A stretch of DNA of 63,884 bases, filler included, from Choristocarpus tenellus KU-1152 (taxonomy: Eukaryota > Protista > Phaeophyceae), in assembly GCA_964200185.2 (NCBI GenBank). It is 12 parts of 12 records of this genome, joined end to end, with 100 filler letters (N's around TTAATTAATTAA, not from the genome) between each part and the next. Parts side by side here need not be neighbours in the genome. Positions count along the whole stretch, not along the records: positions 6,969 to 13,044 come from CAXNAD020009000.1; positions 13,145 to 16,265 come from CAXNAD020022173.1; positions 16,366 to 30,283 come from CAXNAD020001323.1; 9 more parts are not named here. One strand, given 5' to 3'. A program made the translations under genes and the position numbers. The notes beneath the pieces were generated by a model. That model was given only the letters and a program-made list of their open reading frames with translations, had not been told where the DNA came from and did no database searches. Positions 9,542 to 22,950 of the stretch are shown here, in pieces (within the stretch, counting starts at the first letter, position 1; the number at the start of each line of letters is the position of its first letter).

Positions 9542-12500
9542 ATGCCAATTGCAGAATGTTCTGCAACTAATAATGCGGTCAATAACGCGTCAAGGTGTTT
9601 CGAGCATGAAATGTTCAAGTCGTTCCTACGGGCGCCACCAACAAAATTGGCGATGGTGGATGGCCAATTGTCGACAGCGCACACCTTACGATACCTGCTC
9701 AAGGCCAAGAGGTTAGACCTCATGAGATCTGAATTGAAACCTCAACCTCTCGATGACGCGCTGACCCTAACGAAGGCTCTCTCCCCTAAGTTCGTCACCA
9801 AACCCAACTTGCACAAGACATTTCATTACCACTTGATGCTTCTCTATAAGACAATATGCTTAGTACTACTGTGAAGAAAAGAGTAGAATGGGGTACAACT
9901 TCAAGCAAGGAAACTTTGTTGTGTAGTCCAAAAGAGTCAAAAGTATAATGATACTCTGGCACTTCAACTACACGAGATAATATTGTCAGCTCCCCATCAT
10001 ACGTCTAAGGACAGTATGAGATGGAGGAGGGGATACCACTTGAGGAGAGTCTTTTGGGCTTATCTCAAACGCAGTGAAAAAAAAGTCCGCAAAAGATCGA
10101 TATCAAGCAAATTTCAAAATGCATGAAAAAATAGCCCAAAAGTTCAGATTAATCAACTGTAGCATGACTGATGGTTCTCTGTGGGTTGACAGGCAAGTCA
10201 TATTCAACAAAAAACAATTGTTTATGGTCAAATAAGTGTGAACCAGTTGCTGATCACACAAATCAAAGCTTCAGAGAGTGGCCTGACCTGGCCTTACTAC
10301 GTTGTTACTACTCAATTGTTGTACAGAACACCATTAAGTCGTGCGTGTTCTCACTGAATATAATTCCTCTGGAAACCAACAGATTGGAGGAGGCAGCAAG
10401 TGCGAAGCTTGACCCACCTCTCTCGCAGGAGGTGATAGAGATTCAACGGTTGCAAGGGTCAAATGGACAGTGGCAACCATCAAAACGTCTACACCGTGCA
10501 CTAGGGGGTCATGTCCCAGATCCACCGCTGGGGACAAAGAAGTGGCGCTGGGCAACAGCGCTTGCAGTGGTTTTCCTTCAGCGAAGACCAGAGATATTTG
10601 AATGGGTCTATGAGACATACAGGTGCAAAGGGGGGAAATTATCACAAACACAAATTATACACAAAATATCACAGTCTGCCCCTCATCATGTAAGCTTTCA
10701 ACTTGATCTTCAGGCAGATTGCCCAGAGACCTTGTTACTAGCTAACATCGGCTCTCTGTAAACCTTAACAAATATCTTTCTTTAGGCGAGGGCTTGAGTG
10801 GATGGATAAAGATCTTCTCACCGAAGCTCGCATCCGTTTGCCACCAGATAATCTCTACTATCCTCTGGACACTGACCATGTCAGGGACGGGCAATGGCAA
10901 GAAGGTGTGTCGGAAGCTCTCGCTGAATACGGTTACGCATACTTCAATCAGATTCACCATACTGTTCAAAAAACACAAAGGCTTGAACTAGAGCAGCATT
11001 CAGGCGAAGAAGACAACCTCCAGCCATCTCCACACAGTTTCAGACCTCTTCCCCAATGCTGCGAAGTAAAAGAGACCCATCAGAATGAGCTTGGGGCACT
11101 ACAGGAAGGAACAAGTCGAAAGAAGATACATGGCATCAACCGTGATGGAAACCTGACTGCTGATGAGGAGGAACACGCCCATGGCCTGGGTGTGGAGTTG
11201 CTTCTAGCAACCAGTGAGGTGAAGAGGAGTTTCAGTAGAGGAGACAGGGTAGTTTGTCAGTGGCGTCAGCCTACCCGCCTGGACCACCCACGCATCGATC
11301 TGGCTGCATGGCACCCTGCACGGGTAACAGAGGTGCATAAGGACCACCATTATGTTGATGTTGTCTTTGAATCCGGAGCCTGCGAGCGATTGTCCCGAGT
11401 TCATGTCAAGCACCTCCACCTAGCGCCGCATCCCAACTCAATAAAGCCAATACCTCATGAGGGCGAAGACATTCCTACAGTGGCTCTTTCAAGCAAGAGC
11501 TGTAGGGAGCTCGCTCATATAGCCAAAAAAAATGAAGCAGTTCAGAGGACTTGGAATCAAATTATGCCCATTACTGAGGAATTGAAACGGCTGAGAGGTC
11601 TGTGTATCAAGCACTCTAGGCGCCCCGAGTGGCAGGGAACCTTCCCTGCAGTAAGTTGCAACATGACAAGAAGACTCACAACGAAGAGAAAAAAGAGGAT
11701 AAAATTGAGGAACACACAAACAAAGGAACAACTCCAAAGCCCACTACCACAGGAGAGGAATGTCTGTGACCTTCAAGAGAACACTCTGAACCAATCTATA
11801 CATTTAGGCCGCCAGAGAACAACACCCATAGCAACCATTGTTGAATCCAGTTCAGGTCGAGGAGGTAACATATCCTCAACTGTACATTCAGCACAGATGG
11901 TCTTAATAGCCAGTGTCATGGCATATGAAAAATGTGTCTCTGCTGTTCATGACTGCATCGAGCGAGGGAGAACAGCGTATCATGAAGCTCACACCTATTC
12001 TGAGCAGCACAAGGCTTTCGAGGAGGTGACTGCCAACCTTGGCTTCTACCAGCCTGCAAGAGCAGGGTACAACGACTGGCGAGGCCAACCTGTAATAGGA
12101 CTACAGAATGCAACAGTTGATGCTATTGAGGCTGTTGGGAAATGGGTGGAAGCCCGGTGTGCAGATGCTCAGGGGGGGGGGGGAGGGAGTCATGGGACAA
12201 TGCGCTTCTTCTGGAAAGGACAACACTTTCTGCTTTGCATTATAGATCAGACAGAGCATATCTTCAGTCGGGCCCCAGAGCTTGGGGAATGGTATGGGCC
12301 AGGTTTTCCTATTCATAGAAACCCTTTTTGCCTATCATACAACCTCGACGAGAGGCCTTGCACGCCACGCAATATAATGGTGCGATCCTTTGTCAATGGA
12401 GAGTACACAACAACAATCAGTCCTACCCTACTCATGGAAAGGGAGAGGGAGGAGACTGCACTCAAGGCCATCACAGACAGGCAGGAGGAGGCCCCATCAT

Positions 12501-12634
12501 GGTGGCCAGCAAGGGGGATGGACAAGCAGCACTTTCAAAGGATAAGGTCTGCAGAAAGAATATTGCTGCTGGAGGAGCAATCGATTAATGCTAAGGGCCA
12601 AGAGCCAACACTATGTATGACTGTTCCAAGATGA
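9542..12634 (+). CDS. Uncharacterised multi-domain protein; exons 9542-9789, 10383-10622, 10786-12634
   Basis: GT-AG junctions are phase-consistent (2/2, 2/2); 610-aa open last exon. Contains LQGSNGQW..WATALAVVFL..EW..GLEW (VWA5/PARP4 C-terminal-like), a Tudor/Agenet-like segment (GDRV..W..WHPARVTEV..YVDVVFESG) and a C-terminal FFWKG..EWYG..RNPF block. Confidence 0.75.
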
Positions 12635-13044
12635 TAAAAGTAATTAGATCTACTGGTTGCAGCACTCAAAGCAACAAGAAGCATTTTCCCTAAGAAATCA
12701 ATACAATGTGTCCAGCAAATGACACTCTTGGTCATTGGTGGCCATAAGTGGTCACACCACAGTGACCTGAGGCAAAGATGAGGCAGACAGATACCCCAGC
12801 ACATCATCTCCTCTCGTGGTGTACAAAGGAATATATACATTTAGAGCTCTAGCCTTCAGCTCTGCCCAGGAACTGGTGAAAAAGGGCATTCAAATCTACA
12901 ACATGGCAACTGCTATCGCTCAAGACCCACCAGCTCTGGGTTTGCCTTGCCCAGACCTCCCACTCCGCCCTCGTCCCCCTGTGCTTCCACGGCCATATGA
13001 CGATCGACCATCACCCCGTCCCCCCCTCCCCCCGCGTCCTGTAG

Positions 13045-13144
13045 NNNNNNNNNNNNNNNNNNNNNNNNNNNNNNNNNNNNNNNNNNNNTTAATTAATTAA
13101 NNNNNNNNNNNNNNNNNNNNNNNNNNNNNNNNNNNNNNNNNNNN
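13045..13144. other. Artificial contig linker
   Basis: 44N-TTAATTAATTAA-44N. Confidence 0.98.
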
Positions 13145-14964
13145 GTGTGCACGCGGATGTGTATTTGGACTAAGATCAGCTCCCGAAGGGACCTGTCCGT
13201 CACATATACAACAGTGTATGATATACATTGTATCTATAATTATTGTTGTATTTCAACGTTTAGTCAAACAGTCGTATTAAATAATATAGTGACATACAAC
13301 AATATGTTCAATACATTCATTCTATGTGTGATTTTTGTTGTACTTCAACCTAACCTGCTCTATGCGCTTAGTATTGTACCTCTGTTCTAATAGCCTGTAT
13401 AATGCCGCAGAACTAGCTCTGTGGCTTCTCTTTGCCTTACACTCTTGACCTTGTACATGGACTTTCTTGATCTCTTGCACCGTCATTTCTGTCACAGTGG
13501 TCGTTGAAGGGGTCACACCTATGGAGAGCTTAGTGGAAATGACAGGCGGGAAGGACTGCCAAGTTGCTGGGACGAGTCTCTTGATATTGCCCCAACAGAT
13601 GGAAGGGGCATGGATGACGAAATTGGGGGGGTAGTGGAAGCTCCATCCATGCTACACCAACTACTATGACAACTAAGAAGAAATCAGGTTCTTCTTGCAG
13701 AGACGGGCCTTCAGCAAAGAAAGCAAAAGTTGGCAAGACCTTGACCTCTGCAAACAAGAAGAACAGGAAGTCCGCAGTAGTCCTTGAGGGAGTCAACAAT
13801 TGACATACAAATGGAGTCTTCTGCTGCTAAGAAGAAGGGAAAAACAAAAAAAAGAAAACACAACAATCTTGAATCAATTAACAAAAGCGACACATATTAT
13901 GCCTGTGTGTGTGTGTGGTGTGTAACCACTGTTCTGATGCGTCCTATGCAGTGCAATGTTCCGAAGATAGTTGTTGTGATTATTGAGCTAGTGAAAAAAG
14001 TGAAAGTAACGACTACTACAGCGGACTGACCAATCAACAGACAGTTTGCACTGATGGCACGGTATCGACTCAAAAAGAACAAATGAGTAACTTGTGTTTT
14101 ATCACTTGCGCGGCGACAGGTTGGTTGTGGCGGAATGGTGACATAGTGCAATTGAGCACCAGTGAAATCTGGCAGGTGAACCTAGCGACATGCTGCAGTC
14201 GCCTCAGAGCTCAATTGCAAGGTATGCAAGGAGTGGAAGGTCAAAAATTATTTCGTGGAGTGATGCTGAGCATTCCATGTTGGATTTAAAAGAAGAGATT
14301 CATGCTGTGTGTAGAGGATTGCCCCCTTGTTAAGGTTTTTGTGGATGCTTCAACTCTTAATATATTGCATGCAGTTATGGTTGTGTATTAAGTACATTTA
14401 ATGCTAAGTGACCTTGAGGTCAAATTTGGGGAAAAGCTATCTTGAAAAAAAAATGTAACACAAATGATGGTAGTGATTTGAACATCAAGAAACAAGAAAA
14501 AACTTGAACCAATATCTGGGACAACTTATATGGCACTTTATTTCCGCCACATGTCGACTGTTCCATACTTCCTATGCACCATTAGATGTTAACGGCAATT
14601 GATGATCCAACGATTAGATTCGATACCTTGACGTAAGGAGGTGCTGAGCTGCCAGAAGCTTTACTCCTGCCATGAGTGTAGACAAAGATAGTACACTAAT
14701 ACTGTACTACTATCACAAACGCTTGAGAAATACAACAATAGGGTGTGTCAGTAGGGAGAAAATCAATCTCATCAACGAGGTCTTTCTCATTCCCTCAATC
14801 CCCTAAATCAAATCGAACAATAAACAACAACGTAAACACTGCCCCCAGTTGAGCATTATGCAACATAAATGTTCTTGGCGATAAGTATTTTCACTCTATC
14901 CCCCCCTGTCTCCAACCAGGGTAACCTCCCTTACATAGTCTTGACAATATCCACACCATTCATG

Positions 14965-15869
14965 TTAGATGTGAAGCTGCTTGAAGTCTGTGCCGAAACC
15001 ATCTATTACACGATAATCTTCCTCCGTCCCACGGATAGCCCCTATGCCTTCCAGAATAGGATTTCTATCCTCGTCCATTTTGGGAACAGTAGTCTCACCC
15101 AAAATGCCTCGAGGCACGGGTCCAAAGTCGACTTCCACAAATCCGAGATTCATTTGATATGTGAGGTGATCTGGGAGATCGAAGAGACCAGAGGGGTCCG
15201 GCATTGCTACCTGGTGCAGCTTGCCGTGATTCAAGCGCAGGTTCATTGTAGGGATGACGATCTGGAACGAAACGTGCTCGGACTGATGGTTGAACAAGGT
15301 GCCTTCCTCCACAGCACTTCTAACATAGGAGTGACATTCACCAGCGTTGGTCTTTGCAAAGTCACGGAGTATCCACTCACCCATGTCCAAAACAGCCTGC
15401 AGTCGGCGACTAGACTGACTTTGAGCGGCAAGCTCTGCCTCATGCACCTTTCTTTGCCAGTACTTCTCAAAACCAAACGGTCGGCATTCTCCAGGAATAT
15501 TTGCAGCAATGACACTAACACTACTGCCTACATCATAGTGTCCAGGAGCAGTCACCTCAATGCCATTCAGTCAAACGATGAGTGCACCATCAGCAAGGCA
15601 TGGTTTTCCCCCAGGAGCGCACATGGTCTCAATGTTATTGGTGTCTTTCACAAATATTTCAATTGTGTTCATGTTGCCATCAAGGTCCGGAGAGAGAACA
15701 CTAAGTCCAGTAATGTAAGTAATGACAGGTGTCTCCGGTACCGGAGCAGTCACCCGCATGTTGATCGTTACATCTCTGTCTGCGATCAGGTTATACCAAC
15801 CGCCACTTTTCCCAGTGAATTGAAAGTGCTGACCCGAAAATCCAGTCAGGTGAGGATCTCCAGTTGCAC
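14965..15869 (-). pseudogene. Terminal exon of a GDPH/VWD-like domain protein with one in-frame TGA (15573-15571)
   Basis: CAG acceptor at 15872-15870, then ATGDPHLTGFSGQHFQFTGKSGGWYNLIAD..INMRVTAP..CLADGALIV*LNG..CRPFGFEKYW..RGILGET; the two listed ORFs are in the same frame. Confidence 0.7.
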
Positions 15870-16014
15870 CTGATTCCGTTTGGTCAATAGTAAGTCAGAA
15901 AAAGGTTAGGCCCTACAAATTTAGCATTTCCAAAACATTTTGCAAGGTGCTTGATATTTCCTTCAGAAAGATCTAAAGAAACTTTAAAGATGAGAGTGGA
16001 AGTTGAACAGCGTT

Positions 16015-16265
16015 TGTTACACGCGAATAGCGCGAGCATTTTCTCCTCATGTGTTAGGAAATATTAACATTTGTAACAGACATACAGTGTGAAGATTGTT
16101 TCTCGAGTTCTGACAAGTGCGAACTATATACGATACTAGTAACACATGGGTAACGTTACAGAATAGGTTATTATTTTAAGAAGATGCAGAGTAAGATTCG
16201 GAATACCTACGTAACATTACAGAGGAAAATGTCAAAGTTACTAAGAAGTTCAAGAATAGAGGCTT
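16015..16265 (-). mobile_element. Family C fragment, truncated by contig end
   Basis: Reverse complement of ~950-1175 (tgttacacgcgaatagcgcg...tctcgagttctgacaagt). Confidence 0.75.
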
Positions 16266-16365
16266 NNNNNNNNNNNNNNNNNNNNNNNNNNNNNNNNNNN
16301 NNNNNNNNNTTAATTAATTAANNNNNNNNNNNNNNNNNNNNNNNNNNNNNNNNNNNNNNNNNNNN
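16266..16365. other. Artificial contig linker
   Basis: 44N-TTAATTAATTAA-44N. Confidence 0.98.
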
Positions 16366-19300
16366 CCCCCCCCCTATAGCAACACTGGAGTGAGAGGTGG
16401 AAGTTTTTAATGCTGTGCAGGGAGGAGGGGGAGGGAAGGGCTTCCTTGCCAATAGTGCACTACACGAATGTGTATTGGTGTTTGAGCATGGGGAGGAGTT
16501 GGGGAATTATGGTGATGATGTGTTGACCGTCTCAGTACTGTGGTTTTTGTTCCAGTGATTCCAGTCAAGCCTCCGTTGGTGAGCACTGGGATACGTTCAA
16601 AGGGACAGGAATGGCGAAAGGACCCACGAACAGGCTGAAACTACACAGGCATACGGGCAACATCGGCATGTGGACAGGGTTATTTTCGGGCATACATACA
16701 CAATGTATAGTACCTTTATAAGTTTTGTCCTAAACAAGTAAGAAATCTTTGTTGGATTGAGATGTGCGTTGGTGTGGTGAGAGGTTGAGGTGTTGTGTGG
16801 ATGTGATTAGATCACGGGTGACACGTAATTGGGTTGGGTTGAACATGAACAGGAGAGAGAGAGAGAGATGGATGAATTATTGGTTGGGTGGATGGATTAT
16901 GGATGTGAACAACAGAAATTGTCTTTGTGTGTCACGGGCAAGGAAAATAATGTTATCCAGCAAATCATTGATTTCTGCCAAGAAAGAGGGAGTTGGCAGA
17001 ATAGTATGGCGGTATGAATTTAATTGCTGGCAATGCAAGTTGTACCCATGTACCGTCAACAGGTTATTTTTGCGTATACAGCAGTGTTGCTTACAATAGT
17101 TGGCCCCTATCTACTGTGCTGATGGGGGAGAGGGAGAAGAAGCAACACAATGGGTATCGGTTTCTGTTGGAGTACGAGAATGGTTTTCTTAAGGCAAAAG
17201 AAAGTAAAGTTGATCATAGGTGAACGATGGCTGGATGACGTTTTGGCCCAACTCCCATAGTAGTACTGCAGTATCTATTGACAATATAATAATAGTGGCT
17301 TGTGTGTGCATTGGTGGGAGCAAATGTTATTTATTTTTCCTGCATCTGTTGGACTTCTTTGTTACTGCTCAAAACGGGTGCTCGCAAATACAAGTGCCTG
17401 CTCACCCCCTCCACATTCTCATCTGTCGGTTGTTTAATGCATACATCCATGCATGCACTAAAATGGGCGTACACATATTCATTCGCTGGGTTTTTCTTAC
17501 TGGTTTCTGGGGGAAATGATTCGGATTGATTTCGTGGGGATTCTGAGTGGGTGAGACGTTTAGTGGAAAGAGCAGAGGGAGGGAAGGGTGAACATGCAAG
17601 CAGCAAACTTTGATAAGGAACTGAGATGAAACTAAGCTAGACTTTGGATCGCCAGAATGCGTTTTTTAATATTGACACGAAACTTCTCTGAGGTGGAAAA
17701 TGATCGGCATTTTCTGTGAAGGGTTGTGCGTTGAAGGTGGTGAGCTGGCCAAAATAGGCTCATACTGGTATTGTGTCGTGGGTGTATGCATTCCTTGCGT
17801 TGCTTTTGAGGGACTTGTAGAGAGAAAGGTGTTTGTCTGCCAGTATTAAGTTAGTGTATGAGTGAGTGCGATACATTGCCTCCCCTTTCCCCCACATGGT
17901 CTGCTCGCCCTTTCTTGCAGTACTAAGTAGTGGTAGTACTAGTGGTATCAAGAGAAGTAGTGGTTTGTTAACTGTAAGTAAATGGTGGCAACAATATTAA
18001 TACCAACAATTAACACAGGACCTTTTGAATTTAGAGTCACTCATTGAAATTCAGAGTGGCACTTCCTAGAAATACTTTTTTTCTTACCATTCAGTTCTGT
18101 GAGAGGGAACGAAGTTGGAGTATTCTAATGCATAGTGTAGTTTACGACTGGTGGGGAGTTTGTTGAAACGAGGTCCACTCCAGTGTCATGTCTGCTCCCT
18201 CTATTAGCATTTTAAGGTTTGTACCTACCTCACTCAGTGACGATCATGATGCCTGTTGTTTATTTTGTCATAACCAGGTATGTTATGTGTGGTGCATATA
18301 TACTTCCTTGCCGGACAATCCTAAGTTTGGGAAAGTCTTATCATATCTCTCTTGGTTTGTGATAGCTTCATGCTGTCTCCCTCTCTTTGTCTGCAATTGT
18401 AAAACGTAGAAGCAGATGATCTACAAATACTGAATTACAAATACTATGAATTACAATGACAACAAGAAGGATTGAAAAAGGGTAGACAAGAGTGGTATAG
18501 GAGGAATGAGAGAGGAGGCGTTGGCTCCAGGATCGACACTCACTATGAAATGATCGGATAATTAACGCTTTCTGGATACATCATCCTGCGTCTCACAATG
18601 CAAATGCATGGATACGTACAGCGGTGGTTGTATTTGTAAAATTAGGATTATGATGTATGCACGATCTATGGGACATCACACACAACACATACTAAAAATA
18701 ATACATTGCCTATATTATACAAATAGAAATATATAAAAAACAAAATATACTGTACAGAAGGCAGTCGCAGTTGGTATATGCTGCACTCAGACGTACATTG
18801 CAATAAACATTGAAATGCACGACAAAAGAATCCTGGATACAGTATTAAAGGTATGGAAATGGAGACAATACATACACACACACACACACACACAATCTTT
18901 TGCAACGTCAAAGTGGGAAAAAATAATCCAAAATAATCATCCCAGCAATTTCTCCACCATACATTTTTTGTTGTACCTGAAAATACCCTAGGTCTATAAG
19001 TCAAAAAGATCATAATTCTTTCCTGACCAGTCAATGACATCGCCACCACTTTTCCCTAAGTTGCAGTACCACATACGGCAAGGAAATTGTGCTTCCTCTC
19101 TGGTGCATGCACTATCCTCCCACCAAATTGCTCAGTATGATCCACCTTGAGGTGTTGTCCATCATCCTGTTGAGCTATCAGAGTCCGAGTAAACGAAAGG
19201 TACTCAGGTGTTGGCCAATTTGCATTTTAAGACACCTAGTTTTCTTTTAAGTTCACGCTTATTCTTAGGGTTGAAGCGCTAAGATTGACTCAAGAGAATT

Positions 19301-19736
19301 GATTTCTCATTATCTAAGTAATTTTCGACAGCATTCATAAAGAATTTCTATATTCATTTGCACAAAAAGTCGAATTTGGCACATAATCTTCAGCGTCCCT
19401 CTTGTTACTTCAGCTCACACCACTAACACCACCGCTAGTACTGTCTTTATACATGTATGGTGATAAGAAGAACTACCAACACTACCACTGTAAATTACAA
19501 CTGCTGTCACCACATTAGCAATTATGGGAGTGACAAGAACTGTGGTTAGACGGTGTTGCTCGCATGCTATGTAATGATAATGACCTAACCCTTAACCCTA
19601 TGTAATGATAATGACCTAGGTGAGAAAAGAAAGTTCAACCGTGGAAGAAGGAACATGTAAGAAGCATGGAAAATGATTTATGAAGGGAAGCAGTATCAGA
19701 GTATCATATAACCATATTATATTCTTACAGGCTTTA

Positions 19737-19998
19737 GAGTGAGAGTATCTCAAAGGGTACGAGTTTGCCCTGTTTGTCCGTTTAAGGCTTGGCTTGCCAC
19801 GTTTAAAAAAAAAACATTTTCTTACTCTGAAATGTTTCGGAGTAGGTAAAATGTATTTGTTATGAAAAGGTGTGTTCGGAACAAGGGTATTTATTGACAC
19901 TTCCCAACAAACATGATAGTCAAAATTTCATCAAAATCGATACATGGGATTTTGGCCCCCAGACGGACGTGGCTCTGCCCTCTAAGATACTTTGACTC
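19737..19998 (-). mobile_element. MITE family A
   Basis: Full copy; TSD TTTA/TTTA. Confidence 0.85.
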
Positions 19999-20738
19999 TT
20001 TACCCTCATATATCTGCAAGAAAAGCAATTTTATACAATATGATGAACAACCCTGCATAAGAATGTCAACACTACTAGTAACCCCCACTCATGAAGACCC
20101 CTTCCAAGGCACATGTTGGAGTATCAAAGATCGGTCAGACCACATAATCCTAACCCTAAGTCAAATCCTAATCCTAATTCCGAAGCCATTAATCACGCGA
20201 CAAAAGTAAAATCTAGAGATCATGCATATTATGCATCACACAAAACGTTTGTGTAGATATAGCAGAACGCACCAGAGTAGACCAAAACTTCTTTCACCAT
20301 CACAACATTTGACTTGCAACTACTTCCTATCTTGTGACTGGAAGATAACACACTCATCACCGTTGACATCCATAGGAGTGGTGTCCCCACCATGTCCATG
20401 TCCAGCTGAAGATCCAGCCGCCTCTTCCTCCCTTCCATCTGACAACTCTATATTTCTGGGCATCACTCTCAACCTTCTTGTCTGAGGCATCCTTGCGATG
20501 GGCCCTGCAACCCATAAATCTATGAACCCCCAACGTTGTTTCCATGTGCTCTATACCCCGTTCGATATATTCAAGAAAACTGTATGGATGGTTGTTCACA
20601 CTCTGTACTGGACGGATTGGAGCCGTTTCCTCTTCTTCTCTATCGGTGCTTCCTCCCTTACATGAGTCATTTTCCTGGCGAGTTTGGCAACGTCCACGCA
20701 GAGGTCAAACTCCCCACTATCACTACCTGTGTAACTCC

Positions 20739-20994
20739 TAGTGAAAGTATCTTAGAGGGTACGAGTTTTGCGCTGTCCATTTGGGGCTTGGCTTCCCATA
20801 TTTTTTTTAAAGACATTTTCCTACTCCAAAATGTTTCGGACTAGGTGAAAATGTATACGTTATGAAAAGGTGTGTCCGGAACAAGGATGCTGACACTTCC
20901 AAACAAACACGATAGCCAAGATTATATCAAAATCGCAACATTGGATTTTGACCCCCAAATGGACGCGACTCTACCCTCTAAAATACTTTGGCTC
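20739..20994 (-). mobile_element. MITE family A
   Basis: Full copy; flanked by ACTCC/ACTCC (5 bp). Confidence 0.85.
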
Positions 20995-21491
20995 ACTCCT
21001 TTGTGTACAGGACAGCTCTTGTCGATGACGATGTACAATGCTGCTCTGGTTCCACACCTCTTCTTTTCTACTATGAGCATGGAGTAAACTCGGTGTTGTC
21101 CAGGACCCATGCCATCTTGAGCATGAGAATGTTGTGATCCTTCATGTACTTCCTCGTATGCTGAGGATATGGAAATTCCGAAGATGGTTATTTTAATTAA
21201 GGAACTTCCAGTCTTTGTTACAGGCAAGATAAATTACTCTCAGTTGATTGAAATGGCTAAAAGAGCAATGGATAAAGAGTAAGAGTGTAGTTATACTAGT
21301 ATTATAGATAGTTCTAAATAATCCTGAATGTAACAGACTGTAGAATAATACTAAAACTTGAAATTATTAATGGGATTTTAGCTACTTTGTACATGAATGG
21401 AAGAGAAGATACAGCATCGTCACTTATGCATTGCTTTAGTGTTTTTAATCAGGGCACTTTAGGGGTTTCACCCTGTATTCACAAAAACAAA

Positions 21492-21749
21492 GAGTGAACG
21501 TATCTTAGAGGGTAGAGTCGCGTCCATTTGGGGGTCAAAACCCAATGTTGCGATTTTGATATAATTTTGGTTATCATGTTTGTTAGGAAGTGTCAATATC
21601 TATGTTTCCGACACACCTTTCATAACGTATACATTTTAACTACCCCGAAACATTTTGGAGTAGGAAAATGTCATAAACAAACCCATGGGAAGTCAAGCCC
21701 CAAATGGACAAAAAGGGCAAAACTCATACCCTCTAAGATACTTTCACTC
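21492..21749 (+). mobile_element. MITE family A
   Basis: Full copy; flanks CAAA/AAAA. Confidence 0.85.
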
Positions 21750-22060
21750 AAAATCGTTGAACTATATTAGTCTATTGCAATCACTATTGTTTCTTTGCAA
21801 GTAGGAAGGTGCACCACAAAGGTAACTTTGTACTCTGTGACACCTCTTTGACAGCGAAGGTATAGTTTTGAATCTTCTGCATCATCATATCGTGGAGCTG
21901 GTTATTATATGGAAAGCAAGTGTGAGTTAAGTGGAGGGTGAGAAAGATGTGTGGAGGAACAGAGGGCTACTTGACAGAGGGCAAGAGTCCCTGCACATGA
22001 TAGAGTAAGCTGTACTATTAGTGATAACAAACATTGCGTACTGGGTTGCATGTGAGGTGA

Positions 22061-22319
22061 GAGTGAAAGTATCTTAGAGGGTACGATTTCTGCACTGTTT
22101 GTCCATTTGGGGCTTGGCTTCCCATGGGTTTTTGGTGGCATTTTACCTACTCCAAGATATTCCAGAGTAGGTAAAATGTTTACATTATCAAAAGGTGTGT
22201 GTGGAACAAGGATATTGACATCTCCTAACAAACATGATAGCCAAAATGACATCAAAATTGCAGCGTTGGATTTTGGCCCCCAAATGGACGCGGCTCTACC
22301 CTCTAAGATATTTTGACTC
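22061..22319 (-). mobile_element. MITE family A
   Basis: Full copy; right flank runs directly into TTAGGGTTAGGG. Confidence 0.85.
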
Positions 22320-22737
22320 TTAGGGTTAGGGTTATTGTTCAGGTTAGAGTTAAAAATTATCTGCGCTACAGACCCTCGTGTAGAATAAGTTATTGCCTAT
22401 AATATATCCAAGGATAGGGAATTATACATACTAGTCTATAATAGCTTTGGGTTATGTGTGTGCTTGCTGTTATGTGCTTAGAGCTAGGGTTAACCCAAAC
22501 CCTTACCGTGCTGCAATGTGCTGTGAAGTGTAAAATTGATCTCACGTAGTACTGTTTCAATAGGAAGTGTTGATGCCCTAACACACAACATTCCAATCTA
22601 CTTGTGTTAGGTTTACATCCACAATCCATGTAACAAAATAATGCAAATTTACTTGTGTTTCAAAAACGTAAGTTTTTTCAGTTTGAAAAAAAACAGCTAA
22701 AAAAATGTTCCAAAATAGAAAACGTTCAATTTTAAAT

Positions 22738-22762
22738 CCCTAACCCTAACCCTAACCCTAAC
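22738..22762 (+). repeat. Interstitial telomeric repeat (CCCTAA)4
   Basis: ccctaaccctaaccctaaccctaac. Confidence 0.9.
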
Positions 22763-22950
22763 CACAAACTTAGTAAGAGACCTCTAGAGTCCTAAACTCG
22801 ACCTAACCTCATATATAACATTTATACTACAAATACCAGAATAGTAGGTATACTACAGAGCAACGTAATTAGTCCATTCATTGAAATCCTTGCAAGTGGT
22901 GAATATAAAAACGACGCCTAGTGGTGGAAAGAGTGTGTTAACAATCTTGC

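Noticed and set aside
15571-15573. Selenocysteine recoding of the in-frame TGA
   Set aside because: Not in a redox motif, no SECIS recognised, and CGA to TGA is simpler
14869-15873. 334-aa plus-strand ORF
   Set aside because: Antisense shadow of the GDPH-domain exon; no motifs
16556-16640. Possible short terminal exon (IPVKPPL...DPRTG*) after a CAG acceptor
   Set aside because: Too short and unrecognisable to call
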